61,107 nt of DNA from Candidatus Hydrogenedens sp. GTDB taxonomy: Bacteria; Hydrogenedentota; Hydrogenedentia; Hydrogenedentales; Hydrogenedentaceae. The notes below the pieces were generated by a model, which was given only the letters and a program-made list of their open reading frames with translations, was not told where the DNA came from and ran no database searches. Numbering within the stretch: the first letter of the stretch is position 1; the number at the start of each line of letters is the position of its first letter. This document shows positions 28,270 to 38,795 of this stretch, one piece after another. The position numbers were made by a program, and so were the translations under genes. Location: NCBI GenBank assembly GCA_049968235.1, contig JBMFRC010000018.1, positions 1-61,107 on the forward strand, in the 5' to 3' direction.

Positions 28270-29310
28270 ATGGAACCTTCTTTATATTCTGTGAATTTAA
28301 CGCGAGTAAATCAGCCAGGAAAAGTATGCCTTGAACTAAAAGGTTCTATCCTTATAATTCATAAGGAAAATTGGGTATCTAAATATTCGCTATATGTCCC
28401 TATCGAAGTTGTGAATATCGAAGAGGAGAAACATCGGAATTATAGGAAATTATGGGAAAGTATTCTTGGATTTATGTTAGCGTTTCTTCTATGTCTGCCC
28501 TTAAGTTTATGGTTTATATACAAACCCTTGTTTTATCCATACGACCTTCTTTGGGCTATTCCATTAATAGCTTTGTTCCTCTTTACATTAATGGTGGGCT
28601 TTTCGGGATTTTTTCGGTTTATTAAATTATATCCGGCAATTAGCCTGATTTTTCATCATCGTTCACAAATGATGAAGATGTCATTCTGGGTGAAACCCGA
28701 TATTCGGATGGCACTGGAAAAGTTAATAGCACGTATACATGAGTTAAAAAAGATATTGGAAACAGAAGGTTATATTCCATTAAAAGTATGTCCGATGTGG
28801 TTTCATTCCAAGCCATATCGTAAGTCTCTGGTAATGGGTTTTGCAGTAAGTTTTGTCCTATTCTGTATTATCACGGTAATTGTTGTTTGGCAGGTAGCAG
28901 GAGAATATGGGGAAAAAATATGGTGGGCATATAGCATTCTTCCTTTTCCGCCATTCATATCTGTTATTGGTGAGTATATTCGGAGAAAGTTCCTATGGGG
29001 GGTGCCTAAAGGTTTCAAAAAAGTGCGAAATGCCTTTGAAAAAGAAAATTATTCATCTGCTATTACGGAACTTCAAGAATTATTAAAAGAACAACCCGAT
29101 TTAGGAATGGCTCGTTTTTTATTAATACAGCTTTTGACCGAGAAAGGGGAGTATGACAACGCACTGAAACACTGTGAGGAATTTTATTTTCAGGAACCTT
29201 CATTAGCGACAGAAATGAAAACAACTATATGGTGGTTACGTTGTGTTCAGGAGCGAATGGAACATTTGACCGAGAAATCGCAGGATACAAAGAACATGGT
29301 TGAGGAATAG
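28270..29310 (+). CDS. Hypothetical polytopic membrane protein with C-terminal TPR-like helix pair
   Basis: About 4 TM segments and a C-terminal AITELQELLKEQPDLGMARFLLIQLLTEKGEYDNALKHCEEF. Confidence 0.4.
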   Translation: MEPSLYSVNLTRVNQPGKVCLELKGSILIIHKENWVSKYSLYVPIEVVNIEEEKHRNYRKLWESILGFMLAFLLCLPLSLWFIYKPLFYPYDLLWAIPLIALFLFTLMVGFSGFFRFIKLYPAISLIFHHRSQMMKMSFWVKPDIRMALEKLIARIHELKKILETEGYIPLKVCPMWFHSKPYRKSLVMGFAVSFVLFCIITVIVVWQVAGEYGEKIWWAYSILPFPPFISVIGEYIRRKFLWGVPKGFKKVRNAFEKENYSSAITELQELLKEQPDLGMARFLLIQLLTEKGEYDNALKHCEEFYFQEPSLATEMKTTIWWLRCVQERMEHLTEKSQDTKNMVEE

Positions 29311-29414
29311 AAAATAAAGAGAGAAAACCTCCCTTCGATATAATATATTTACCCGATGAACTGAATTTTTGATAAAATTTATTAAAATTATAGATATTAT
29401 TTTAAGGAGTCTTT

Positions 29415-30266
29415 ATGAAAAAAATTGTGATTTTTGGACATAAAGGGCAACTGGGAAGAGACCTTGTTAAATTGTTTCAATCGGAGTGTGAAGTTATTGG
29501 TTATGATTTACCTGAATTAGATATAACAAATCCGGATATTTATAAATTATTAGATGACCCTGCACCAGATTTGGTTATAAATTCATCGGCCTATACAAAT
29601 GTAGATATGGCAGAGAAGGAAATAGATAAATCGTTCCTTGTAAATGAAGTAGGAGCCCGACTGGTTGCGGATTTGGCAAATCAATGGGGAAGCCCAGTAG
29701 TTTATTACAGTACGGACTATGTTTTTGATGGAATGCAAAGGCGACCCTATCGAGAAGATGATATTCCCAACCCACTTTCCGTTTATGGTCGTTCAAAATT
29801 AGCAGGAGAAAAATCAGTTATTGATTATAATCCGAAACACTATATTTTAAGAACTGCATGGTTATATGGTCCCGGTGGAAATAATTTTATAGAAAAAATG
29901 ATTCAACGTTCACAAACAGCGGAAAAGTTAGAAATTTCCGATGATGAAATCGGCTCACCCACTTACACCTGGGACCTGGCGATAATGACAAAGAAAATTG
30001 TAGAAACGCAAAAATATGGATTGTATCACGCAGTCAATTCTGGCGAGTGTTCCCGGTATCATTGGATAAAGACATGCTTTGAATATTTAAATATTACTGT
30101 TCCTATTATACCCTGTTCCCGTGCTAAATTTGTGCTACCAGCTCCACGACCAGCTTATTCCGCCATGGATAATCGGAAAATTAGGGCAGTAATTGAATGG
30201 GAAATTCCATCATGGCGGGAATCTTTATTACACTATTTAGGAAGAAGGAGCGAGGAAATTAAATGA
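29415..30266 (+). CDS. rmlD: dTDP-4-dehydrorhamnose reductase
   Basis: MKKIVIFGHKGQLGRDL…YYSTDYVFDG…; the NAD-binding GxxGxxG and YxxxK signature are present. Confidence 0.85.
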   Translation: MKKIVIFGHKGQLGRDLVKLFQSECEVIGYDLPELDITNPDIYKLLDDPAPDLVINSSAYTNVDMAEKEIDKSFLVNEVGARLVADLANQWGSPVVYYSTDYVFDGMQRRPYREDDIPNPLSVYGRSKLAGEKSVIDYNPKHYILRTAWLYGPGGNNFIEKMIQRSQTAEKLEISDDEIGSPTYTWDLAIMTKKIVETQKYGLYHAVNSGECSRYHWIKTCFEYLNITVPIIPCSRAKFVLPAPRPAYSAMDNRKIRAVIEWEIPSWRESLLHYLGRRSEEIK

Positions 30267-31273
30267 AAAAAATACTTGTTACAGGTGGTGCTGGTTTTAT
30301 CGGGTCTGCATTTATCCGCAATATGCTGGACTGGTACCCGGATATTCATATAGTTAATCTGGATAAACTTACTTACGCGGGGAATCTGGACAACTTAAAA
30401 TCAGTAGATACTCGTCGTTATACTTTTATACATGGAGATATTGCGGATGCGGAAGTGATGCAACAGGCAATACAAGACTGTGATGCAGTCGTAAATTTTG
30501 CTGCAGAAACGCATGTGGACCGGAGTTTAATGGGTGCAAAAGATTTTCTCCGTACCAATGTGGAAGGGGTATATCAAATATTACTAAGTGCCAAGGGTAA
30601 TAATGTTAATAGGGTTCTTTTGGTCTCCACAGATGAAGTATATGGAAGTAGAGATGTCGGTTCTGCCTTAGAAACGGACACGATTTGTCCAAGAAACCCG
30701 TATAGTGCATCCAAAGCAGGAGGCGAACTTTTAGGGAAGGCATTCTTTGAATCCTTTAAATTACCTGTTCTCATTACTCGCGGATGTAATACTTATGGTC
30801 CCTATCAATATCCGGAAAAAGTTCTACCTTTATTTATTACCAATGCACTGGAAGGAAAACCATTACCTTTATATAAAGGGGGAGAATATAATATTCGCGA
30901 TTGGCTCTATGTAGATGACCATTGTCGTGCTATAGATTTTGTTTTGCGGAAAGGAACCCCCGGTGAGATTTATAATATTTCAGCAGGATTTGAAAAAGAA
31001 AATATTGAAATTACTCGAAAAGTACTTGAACTTACAGGTAAAGATGAAAGTTTAATTCAATGGGTTCCAGACCGTCCGGGTCATGATCGTAGATATTCTA
31101 TGAATTCGGACAAACTCCGTGCTTTGGGATGGGAACCAGAAGTATCATGGGAGGAGGGTATCCAGAAGACAGTTCAGTGGTATGTAGAAAATGAATGGTG
31201 GTGGCGACGGATAAAAGAAGGTGAATTTAAAAAATATTATGAAGAGCAGTATATAAAAAGGATAAACACATAA
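30263..31273 (+). CDS. rmlB: dTDP-glucose 4,6-dehydratase
   Basis: KILVTGGAGFIGS and catalytic YSASKAG; 4-bp overlap with rmlD. Confidence 0.9.
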   Translation: MKKILVTGGAGFIGSAFIRNMLDWYPDIHIVNLDKLTYAGNLDNLKSVDTRRYTFIHGDIADAEVMQQAIQDCDAVVNFAAETHVDRSLMGAKDFLRTNVEGVYQILLSAKGNNVNRVLLVSTDEVYGSRDVGSALETDTICPRNPYSASKAGGELLGKAFFESFKLPVLITRGCNTYGPYQYPEKVLPLFITNALEGKPLPLYKGGEYNIRDWLYVDDHCRAIDFVLRKGTPGEIYNISAGFEKENIEITRKVLELTGKDESLIQWVPDRPGHDRRYSMNSDKLRALGWEPEVSWEEGIQKTVQWYVENEWWWRRIKEGEFKKYYEEQYIKRINT

Positions 31274-31290
31274 ATAGAGGAGATTTTATT

Positions 31291-31500
31291 ATGGAACAAA
31301 AGTGCAAGAATCAAGAACATAATCAGTCTTTTTGTTCATGTAGTTATCCCGGTTGTCCAAGACATGCGGTATGTTGTGAATGTCTTCAATATCATCTAAA
31401 AAAACGGCAATTGCCCGGTTGTTGTTTTCCCCCGGATGCAGAAAAAACTTATGACCGTTCTTTTGAGGCATTTGCTCGTGCCTGGGGGTTATCAAAATAA
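31291..31500 (+). CDS. Small cysteine-rich protein (69 aa, 7 Cys), function unknown
   Basis: CSCSYPGCPRHAVCCECLQYH…PGCCFPP; pattern CxC-x3-C-x6-CC-x-C-x(12)-CC. Confidence 0.4.
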   Translation: MEQKCKNQEHNQSFCSCSYPGCPRHAVCCECLQYHLKKRQLPGCCFPPDAEKTYDRSFEAFARAWGLSK

Positions 31501-31518
31501 ATCGAAGCGAATAAAAAT

Positions 31519-32478
31519 ATGATGAAGAATAAATTCTTTGAAACATTAAAAAAACAAAAGAAGAAAATTGTTGTTGTCGGGAGTGCTAATGTAGATATTG
31601 TTGCCAGAGTACCCCGTTTACCGAAAGAAGGGGAATCATTTCGAGGAGAGTCTTTGTCCATTGTTTTCGGAGGCAAAGGAGCCAATCAGGCAGTTTCACT
31701 TGCGAGATTAGGTGCTGACATAAACTTTATAAGTTGTGTAGGAAAAGACCATTTTGGGATGAGTATGAAAAAAAGTTTTAAAAATGAAGGGATACCCATA
31801 AATACTATAAAAGAGACTTCAGATGCTTTTTCTGGAACTGCATTAATTTTTGTGGATAAAGAAGGGAAAAATAGTATTGTTGTAATTGCAGGGGCAAATC
31901 ATGAATTGAAGCCTGAAGATATAATAAAGCAGGAGAAGATATTTCAGAAAGGGGATATATTGTTGACACAATTAGAATTGCTCCCCGAAACTATCGAAAC
32001 TGCCTTAATATTAGCCAAAAAGAATGGTATGATAACCATTGTGGATGCTGGACCTCCACGAAATATCTCGGAATACATTTTCCCCTACATTGATGTAATA
32101 TCCCCCAATGAGACAGAAACTGAATTTTTAACAGGTATAAACCCCTCAAAACCCGAGAACAGATTGAAATGTGCTGATAAGTTATTGAAGATGGGTGTAC
32201 AATCTGTTGTCCTTAAATTAGGTTCTCAGGGTTGTTATTATAACGATGATGATTTTGAGATTTATGTCCCCAGTTATAAAGTTTCTGTTGTGGATACTAC
32301 CGCAGCAGGAGATGCCTTTACTTCGGCTCTGGCTTTTGCATGGGGACAGGCAGAGATTGATAATGTATTAGATTTTGCCAATGCTGTCGGTGCATTAGCC
32401 TGTACAAAGTTCGGTGCACAACCTTCCATGCCTTATTTAGATGAAGTGCAAAAGTTCATGAAAAAAAATAAAAAATAG
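31519..32478 (+). CDS. rbsK: Ribokinase / PfkB-family sugar kinase
   Basis: GGKGANQA and DTTAAGDAF signature motifs. Confidence 0.75.
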   Translation: MMKNKFFETLKKQKKKIVVVGSANVDIVARVPRLPKEGESFRGESLSIVFGGKGANQAVSLARLGADINFISCVGKDHFGMSMKKSFKNEGIPINTIKETSDAFSGTALIFVDKEGKNSIVVIAGANHELKPEDIIKQEKIFQKGDILLTQLELLPETIETALILAKKNGMITIVDAGPPRNISEYIFPYIDVISPNETETEFLTGINPSKPENRLKCADKLLKMGVQSVVLKLGSQGCYYNDDDFEIYVPSYKVSVVDTTAAGDAFTSALAFAWGQAEIDNVLDFANAVGALACTKFGAQPSMPYLDEVQKFMKKNKK

Positions 32479-32497
32479 AAGTAAAAGAGCAATCCCC

Positions 32498-33205
32498 ATG
32501 GATGAAAATAAGATAAATTTAGATAAAGTGAAGTATTCTGCATCGGTAATGTGTCTTGACCTCGGACGGTTAGAAGAGGAATTTCATCTTGTTCAAAAAA
32601 TAGGTATTGATGAACTCCATTTTGACATAATGGATGGGACCTTTGTCCCAAATTTAACATTAGGGTTTGATTTTATATCTTTAGCCCGTAAATGTTGTAA
32701 ATTGCCCTGTTGGGCACATTTAATGATTGAGAGACCAGAACGGTATATAAAACGGTTGGTAGATATTGGTTGTAAAGGTATTATCGTGCATGTGGAGTCC
32801 TGCTTACATGCACATCGCACAGTTAAACAGATTCGCGAGTATGGACTTTCGCCCGGAATAGCCGTAAACCCGATGACCCCCTTAGAAGAATTGGAATATC
32901 TCCTGCCGGAAGTTGACCGTGTGTTAATTATGGCTGTGGACCCGGGATATGCGGGACAAAAAATAATTCCCCAAACTTTTGAACGAGTTCAAATTCTTTC
33001 ACGAAAAATACAGTATCATAAATACCCGGTTGATATTGAGATTGATGGAAACATTACTATAAAAAACTGTGCTAAATTTATTCGTTTGGGTGGAAATGTC
33101 TTTGTGTTAGGTTCATCCAGTATCTTTTTCGGTACTACACGGAATTATGAGGAGAGTTATACTAACTTTAAAAAAGAAGTAGCCAGACAAGTTCACACTG
33201 TATAA
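32498..33205 (+). CDS. rpe: Ribulose-phosphate 3-epimerase family (Rpe / allulose-6-P epimerase-like)
   Basis: MCLDLGRLEEE…HFDIMDGTFVPNLTLG…MAVDPGYAGQ. Confidence 0.75.
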   Translation: MDENKINLDKVKYSASVMCLDLGRLEEEFHLVQKIGIDELHFDIMDGTFVPNLTLGFDFISLARKCCKLPCWAHLMIERPERYIKRLVDIGCKGIIVHVESCLHAHRTVKQIREYGLSPGIAVNPMTPLEELEYLLPEVDRVLIMAVDPGYAGQKIIPQTFERVQILSRKIQYHKYPVDIEIDGNITIKNCAKFIRLGGNVFVLGSSSIFFGTTRNYEESYTNFKKEVARQVHTV

Positions 33206-33215
33206 TAGATGAATC

Positions 33216-34178
33216 CTATTTTACTTTTGTTCTTCTCTCTTTCAACTCACGCCAGGTGGTTAATATGATTTTCTCATCTTCTAAAAATTTCTTAAATTTA
33301 GGGTTCATCATTATTAAGTAATCCCCTTTTCGTGTAACAGAAGATTGAGTAAAGTATGGGAACTCTTCAGTAGGTATAGCACAGTGTAAAATTACTTCTG
33401 TAATACCGGGTTTCATTTCATGAAGGGCTTTTGTCAATTGTTCAAACTTATCTTCTGTTTTCCAATCATAAGTAGATGTTAAAACATCATCCACAAGAGG
33501 CAATCCACCTTCCCAGATTTTTTTAGCCCACGAATAAATGACTTCTTTGGGCATAGGTAATTCCTGTTGTAAATATTGCATATGCCCTCCCGGGAAAAGT
33601 ATGGGAATTTGTTTCTCTATGCCTAAATTAATGTATTTTTCTATAAATTGAGGAGTTGCAAATAATGTCCCCATGTGCGAATCTAAATGAGTAGGTTTTA
33701 TCCCCATTTTTTCTGCAAGAGATAATTGAGCACGAATTTCTCTATCCACTTCATCAGGCGAAGCATTCATTACTACATCTTTAACATCACCCCACATATA
33801 ACCTGATGCATCTACTAATCCGGGAACTTGTTGAAAACCAGAAACCGGTCCCCAACGATAATTATCCCACTCAGAAGTTAAAGTCAGGTGAAGTCCCGCA
33901 TCCCAGTGTGGGTTTTTCTTCCATTCCTTGACAAATTGATCTACCCAAGCACAGGGCATCATAATGCTACAAGAAGTTGCCACTCCTTTCGTAAATGTTT
34001 CAAAAACTGCATGATTGGCTCCATAGCATAATCCCGCATCATCGATATGAAAGATAACCACACGATTTCCTTTTTCCCAGCCTAATCGTTCTGCGTAAGT
34101 TTGTTCTTCTTCTGAAAATGTATTGATAGCAAATAACGCAACTAACATCAACGAAAAGAAAAATAAATTTTTGTTCAT
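33216..34178 (-). CDS. Secreted YdjC/ChbG-family carbohydrate deacetylase
   Basis: Signal peptide; HIDDAGLCYGANHAV metal-binding D-x-G…N motif characteristic of YdjC. Confidence 0.6.
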   Translation of the reverse strand: MNKNLFFFSLMLVALFAINTFSEEEQTYAERLGWEKGNRVVIFHIDDAGLCYGANHAVFETFTKGVATSCSIMMPCAWVDQFVKEWKKNPHWDAGLHLTLTSEWDNYRWGPVSGFQQVPGLVDASGYMWGDVKDVVMNASPDEVDREIRAQLSLAEKMGIKPTHLDSHMGTLFATPQFIEKYINLGIEKQIPILFPGGHMQYLQQELPMPKEVIYSWAKKIWEGGLPLVDDVLTSTYDWKTEDKFEQLTKALHEMKPGITEVILHCAIPTEEFPYFTQSSVTRKGDYLIMMNPKFKKFLEDEKIILTTWRELKERRTKVK

Positions 34179-34338
34179 AAAAATACCCTTTCTCTATTGA
34201 AAAACACATGACAAAAGTAGGAAAATATTAAAAATATTATACTTGTTATAAACAAAAAAATAAAATTGTAATTATTATAATGGATAAGACTATAAAATTA
34301 TATATAATGTTAGGCGAAATTGATAAGGTATTAATTTC

Positions 34339-35097
34339 ATGAGAAAAACTTTGCAAGACTATAATGTCTCACCCGGTTCGAAAATAGATGCAGATGCGGT
34401 ATGTGTGCAATGTGGTACTGTTAATCCGGAAGGAACTTTAATTTGCAGAACTTGTGGCAATAATCTGCGGGACCAGCGTAGATTGCGATTGCAAGCGGAA
34501 GAGCAGTTGCTTGTGGGTGGAGAAAATTTACCTAATCCACGAAAGATAGTCCTGGGAATTATTGCGGTGATTGGGACGATACTTATTATTATTGCGGGAA
34601 TTAATGCGGATAGAATTATGCTATGGTTGGTAAGTAGTGGTAATGAATATTCTACAGAAAACCCATGGTCGGGAGAATTGGGCAAACAACTATCTATTAT
34701 GGCAGAAGATTTAAAATTACAGGTTTTGGCGAGCAATCAGATTTATAATGCAATACGACAACCTATAAATGCAGAAAATCCGGAGGGTATTTTTGTCATT
34801 GCAGTTCGTAATGCGGAAGAAGATATCGTGCCGGTAGGTAAAGCATTAGTTAAAAGTAGGGGAGATGATTATTTATTTACTGCATTACTTGATAATGGGG
34901 CTCAGGTAAGAGGTATTGCACAAAGGCAGGAGCAGAAATTGGTTGCCTATTGGGATAAAGCATCATGTGAGTGGAACGGACAAAAAGGTTCTGCCTCTGG
35001 AATTGTTTCCAAAAGAGATGATGGCAGGTATGAGGGATACGGAGGAACAGATTTGACCAACGAAAACTTCGGGTTTTATGCTTTTAAGTTGCCCTAA
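34339..35097 (+). CDS. Hypothetical zinc-ribbon, single-TM protein
   Basis: CVQCGTVNPEGTLICRTCGNNL (CxxC…CxxC) followed by a TM IVLGIIAVIGTILIIIAGI. Confidence 0.4.
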   Translation: MRKTLQDYNVSPGSKIDADAVCVQCGTVNPEGTLICRTCGNNLRDQRRLRLQAEEQLLVGGENLPNPRKIVLGIIAVIGTILIIIAGINADRIMLWLVSSGNEYSTENPWSGELGKQLSIMAEDLKLQVLASNQIYNAIRQPINAENPEGIFVIAVRNAEEDIVPVGKALVKSRGDDYLFTALLDNGAQVRGIAQRQEQKLVAYWDKASCEWNGQKGSASGIVSKRDDGRYEGYGGTDLTNENFGFYAFKLP

Positions 35098-35166
35098 TTT
35101 TTTGTTCCTCTATAATTTTCATTCAAATCTAACTTATCTTTACATTAATAATGAAGGATTTATTTT

Positions 35167-36084
35167 ATGTTTAAAATCTTTTCAAATCTTAAACAAAAAC
35201 TACAGAAAACAAGAAGTGCTTTAACGGATGGTATAAAAAATCTTTTTTCTTTATATCCAAAGATTAATGATGATGTTTATAATTCTCTGGAAGAGTTACT
35301 TATTGAGGCAGATTTAGGGGTAAATACAAGTCTGTTTTTTATAGAGCGATTAAAAGAAGAGGTAAAAAAACAGGGGATAACAGAAGCGGAACAGATTATG
35401 CCTTTATTGAAGGCAATTATGCTGGAGATATTGAAAACAGGTGAACATAAAATAAATTGGGATGCAGAACCGCAACCCCACGTTACTTTAATCGTCGGTG
35501 TAAATGGTTCTGGAAAAACAACTACTGCAGGGAAGATTTCTGCTCAATTGGTAAAAGAAAATAAGAAGGTAATTTTAGCCGCAGGAGATACTTTCCGTGC
35601 AGCTGCTGGGGAACAATTAGAAATATGGAGTAAACGTAGTGGAGCGGACTTAATACGACATCAGGAAGGAGCAGACCCCGCAGCCGTAGCGTATGATGCT
35701 GTAGATGCAGGGATTGCTCGGAAGGCACAAAATGTAATTATTGATACCGCAGGAAGATTGCATACGAAAGTAAATCTAATGGAAGAACTTAAAAAAGTCT
35801 ATCGTGTTATAAAGAAACGGATGCCCGAAGCCCCTCATGAAGTTCTTTTGGTCCTTGATGCTACAACAGGACAGAATGCCTTACAACAGGCACGTATTTT
35901 TACAGAGGCTCTAAATATCACAGGGATTGTTCTTACCAAATTAGATGGCACAGCAAAAGGAGGAATGATATTCGGAATTCAAAAGGAGTTAAATATACCT
36001 ATAAAATTAATCGGAGTTGGAGAAGGTGTTGAAGATTTACAACCTTTTGACCCTAATTCATTTGTTGATGCTTTGTTCAATTAA
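35167..36084 (+). CDS. ftsY: Signal recognition particle receptor FtsY
   Basis: GVNGSGKTTT, DTAGR and TKLDGTAKGG GTPase motifs. Confidence 0.9.
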   Translation: MFKIFSNLKQKLQKTRSALTDGIKNLFSLYPKINDDVYNSLEELLIEADLGVNTSLFFIERLKEEVKKQGITEAEQIMPLLKAIMLEILKTGEHKINWDAEPQPHVTLIVGVNGSGKTTTAGKISAQLVKENKKVILAAGDTFRAAAGEQLEIWSKRSGADLIRHQEGADPAAVAYDAVDAGIARKAQNVIIDTAGRLHTKVNLMEELKKVYRVIKKRMPEAPHEVLLVLDATTGQNALQQARIFTEALNITGIVLTKLDGTAKGGMIFGIQKELNIPIKLIGVGEGVEDLQPFDPNSFVDALFN

Positions 36085-36093
36085 TAACATGAA

Positions 36094-36738
36094 TTGATTA
36101 TGGAATCCTATCAAAACGACATTTATAATCTTGCTACTGAAATACAAAAATGCCGATTTTGTGATAAAAACCTGCCCTACGGTGCCAATCCTGTTTTGCA
36201 TGTAGGAGATAGATTATCGCCAATACTTATTGTGGGTCAAGCACCGGGTTTGAAAGTACATAAAACAGGATTACCATGGAATGACCCCAGTGGTGATAAA
36301 CTTCGTTCCTGGTTAAATGTTTCCCGGGAACAATTTTATAATACCCGCTATTTTACAATTATTCCTACAGGATTTTGTTATCCCGGACGTGATATGCGAG
36401 GTGGTGATTTACCACCAAGGAAAGAATGTGTGGATTTATGGTGGAATAAACTATTGCCATTAACATATCATTTTGAACTTATCCTGTTAGTGGGTCGTTA
36501 TGCTCAACAATTATTCCTGAAAGAAAAATTGCCTTCCACTTTAGCAGAGACCATTCAATTATGGAAAAAATTTTACCCACCTATAATTGTCTGTCCCCAT
36601 CCTTCTTTTCGTAATAATCTTTGGCTTAAGAAAAACATAAAATTTATCAAGGAAGTTGTTCCTTTTATCCAGAAGAAAGTTCATTCATTGATACAAAAAA
36701 TAGATGCGGGACAATTTGAATTCTTAGATAAAAAGTGA
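36094..36738 (+). CDS. Uracil-DNA glycosylase superfamily protein (family 4/5-like)
   Basis: CRFCDK…GANPVL…ILIVGQAPG motif A and C-terminal HPS motif (CPHPSFRN). Confidence 0.7.
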   Translation: MIMESYQNDIYNLATEIQKCRFCDKNLPYGANPVLHVGDRLSPILIVGQAPGLKVHKTGLPWNDPSGDKLRSWLNVSREQFYNTRYFTIIPTGFCYPGRDMRGGDLPPRKECVDLWWNKLLPLTYHFELILLVGRYAQQLFLKEKLPSTLAETIQLWKKFYPPIIVCPHPSFRNNLWLKKNIKFIKEVVPFIQKKVHSLIQKIDAGQFEFLDKK

Positions 36739-36806
36739 TATAAATTAATATGTTCCTAATACAATGAAAAGCATAAAACTTAAACTTAATTGAGAAAGGG
36801 CGAAAT

Positions 36807-37238
36807 ATGAAGAAAAAATTATCCCAGTTCACTGTGGTAATGGCGACCATTTGTATATCTCTTATTGTACTTGGCTGTCAAACCGCAAAGAAAGTATCTC
36901 CTGAAGAAGCAGTAACGGCTCAAGTTAACAAATTTGCAGAAGCGATGAAAGCCAAAAATCTGGATGGCATTATGGCCGTCTTCTCTGAAAAATTTGAACA
37001 CTATGAATGGGGTGATAAAGCAGGTGCACGCGAATTCTTACAACAGGCTATAGATGTAGGCTATTTAGATGGGTTAGAGATTGATTTAAGCAAAATTCAA
37101 ATTAAATTAGAAGGTTCAACCGCCACTGTGTATCCAATAGATATTAAAGGGAATTTTGGTTCTACTACGGTTGAGTTGGTTTTCACCAATGAAAATGGTA
37201 ATTGGCTGGTTACAGGTTTAGACGCAAGCGATATATAA
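36807..37238 (+). CDS. Lipoprotein, NTF2-like/SnoaL-like fold candidate
   Basis: Lipobox LIVLGC after an N-terminal hydrophobic core; no further motifs. Confidence 0.45.
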   Translation: MKKKLSQFTVVMATICISLIVLGCQTAKKVSPEEAVTAQVNKFAEAMKAKNLDGIMAVFSEKFEHYEWGDKAGAREFLQQAIDVGYLDGLEIDLSKIQIKLEGSTATVYPIDIKGNFGSTTVELVFTNENGNWLVTGLDASDI

Positions 37239-37406
37239 TTGCACAAACTATTCCGGTAGATTAAATTACAAAGTTGTTTTTATCCAAAAGATAGAGGGAC
37301 TACGGCATTCAGGTGGAGTGTCGTAGTTCTATTTTTTATAATGTTAATAAACAAAATGATTTCCGGTGTCCCATATTATTTATCGCATGCATAAAGGAGT
37401 AAAGAA

Positions 37407-38795
37407 GTGAATAATCAGGAGAAGGTTTACTTTTACATTAACGAACATTGGTCTCGATTTGTGGAGGATTTGAAGGAGTTTGTATCTATACCTTCCATAT
37501 CCACTTTGCCGAATTATAAAGACGATGTTTTGCGGACCGCACAATGGCTGGAACGATATTTTCAAAAACTGAATTTTAATCGTGTTGAAATAATAGAAAC
37601 CGAAGGACATCCGTTTGTTTTTGCCGAATATAAAGGACCCAATCCTCTTCTTACACTCCTTATCTATGGACACTATGATGTGCAACCCGTTGACCCCGAA
37701 GATGAATGGGATACAAACCCTTTCCAGCCTGTAATCAAAGGAGAATGTATGTATGGAAGGGGTGTATCGGACATGAAAGCCCAATTGCTTGCACAGATGT
37801 TTGCAACACAAGCATGGTTAGAAAACAATTCACTTCCAATCCACTTAAAATACATCATTGAAGGGGAAGAAGAAATTGGCTCACCCAATATGCAGAACTT
37901 TTTATTAAAGTATAAAGATTTGTTAAAGGCAGATGTCGCTGTCAACTGTGATGCAGGTATTTTTGCTCCAGACATCCCTTCTATTACTTATGGTCTTCGT
38001 GGACTTGCCTATTTTGAATTGGAATTAAAAGGACCAAAACAGGATTTACACAGTGGTTTATATGGAGGGACTATACGGAATCCGATACATGTCTTATGCG
38101 AATTAATTGCGAAAATGCATAATGAAAATGGCGAAGTAACACTTCCTCATTTCTATGATAAGGTAAAACCTTTAACAGAGGAGGAACGAGGCTTATTATC
38201 TCAAATACCTCATTCAGACGAGGAATGGAAAAACATAGTAGGGATGTCAAAACTTTATGGAGAAGCAGGATATAGCACAATAGAACGCGTAGGAGCAAGG
38301 CCTACGCTGGAAATTAATGGAATTATTGGAGGTTTCACAGGAGAAGGAGCAAAGACAGTATTACCATCAAAAGCAAGAGTTAAAATTTCTATGCGGTTAG
38401 TTCCGGACCAGGAACCGGAAAAGATAGAAGAATACCTTCGAGAATTCCTGCAACAGTATTGTCCCCCGGAAATAGAGTGGAAACTATCACTTCATTCTTG
38501 TGCTCCACCCGCATTAATGAACTTAAAATCTCCTTATATGCAATCTGCAATAAGCGCATTAACTAAAGAATTTGGACATGTGCCTCTCTTCCGAAGAGAA
38601 GGTGGAAGTGTCCCTGTTGTTGCATGGTTACAAAAAATTCTTGGACTGGACTCGATTATGTTAGGTTTTGCATTGCCCGACGATGGAATACATGGTCCTA
38701 ATGAGCATCAAAATTTACCATTATTAAAGAAAGGTGTCCATGTTCACTGTCGTTTCTATGAAGAATTATTAAAGGATAAGTCTTGCAAAAAATGA
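37407..38795 (+). CDS. M20-family metallopeptidase (dipeptidase, DapE/ArgE-like)
   Basis: IYGHYDVQP…GRGVSDMKA…EGEEEIGS metal-binding motifs; GTG start with AAAGGAG Shine-Dalgarno. Confidence 0.8.
   Translation: MNNQEKVYFYINEHWSRFVEDLKEFVSIPSISTLPNYKDDVLRTAQWLERYFQKLNFNRVEIIETEGHPFVFAEYKGPNPLLTLLIYGHYDVQPVDPEDEWDTNPFQPVIKGECMYGRGVSDMKAQLLAQMFATQAWLENNSLPIHLKYIIEGEEEIGSPNMQNFLLKYKDLLKADVAVNCDAGIFAPDIPSITYGLRGLAYFELELKGPKQDLHSGLYGGTIRNPIHVLCELIAKMHNENGEVTLPHFYDKVKPLTEEERGLLSQIPHSDEEWKNIVGMSKLYGEAGYSTIERVGARPTLEINGIIGGFTGEGAKTVLPSKARVKISMRLVPDQEPEKIEEYLREFLQQYCPPEIEWKLSLHSCAPPALMNLKSPYMQSAISALTKEFGHVPLFRREGGSVPVVAWLQKILGLDSIMLGFALPDDGIHGPNEHQNLPLLKKGVHVHCRFYEELLKDKSCKK

Noticed and set aside
37280-37330. 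Hairpin GGACTACG…CGTAGTTC plus T-run after the lipoprotein gene as a terminator
   Set aside because: The stem has a G·U pair and a 17-nt loop, so it is a weak candidate. It is not listed as a feature
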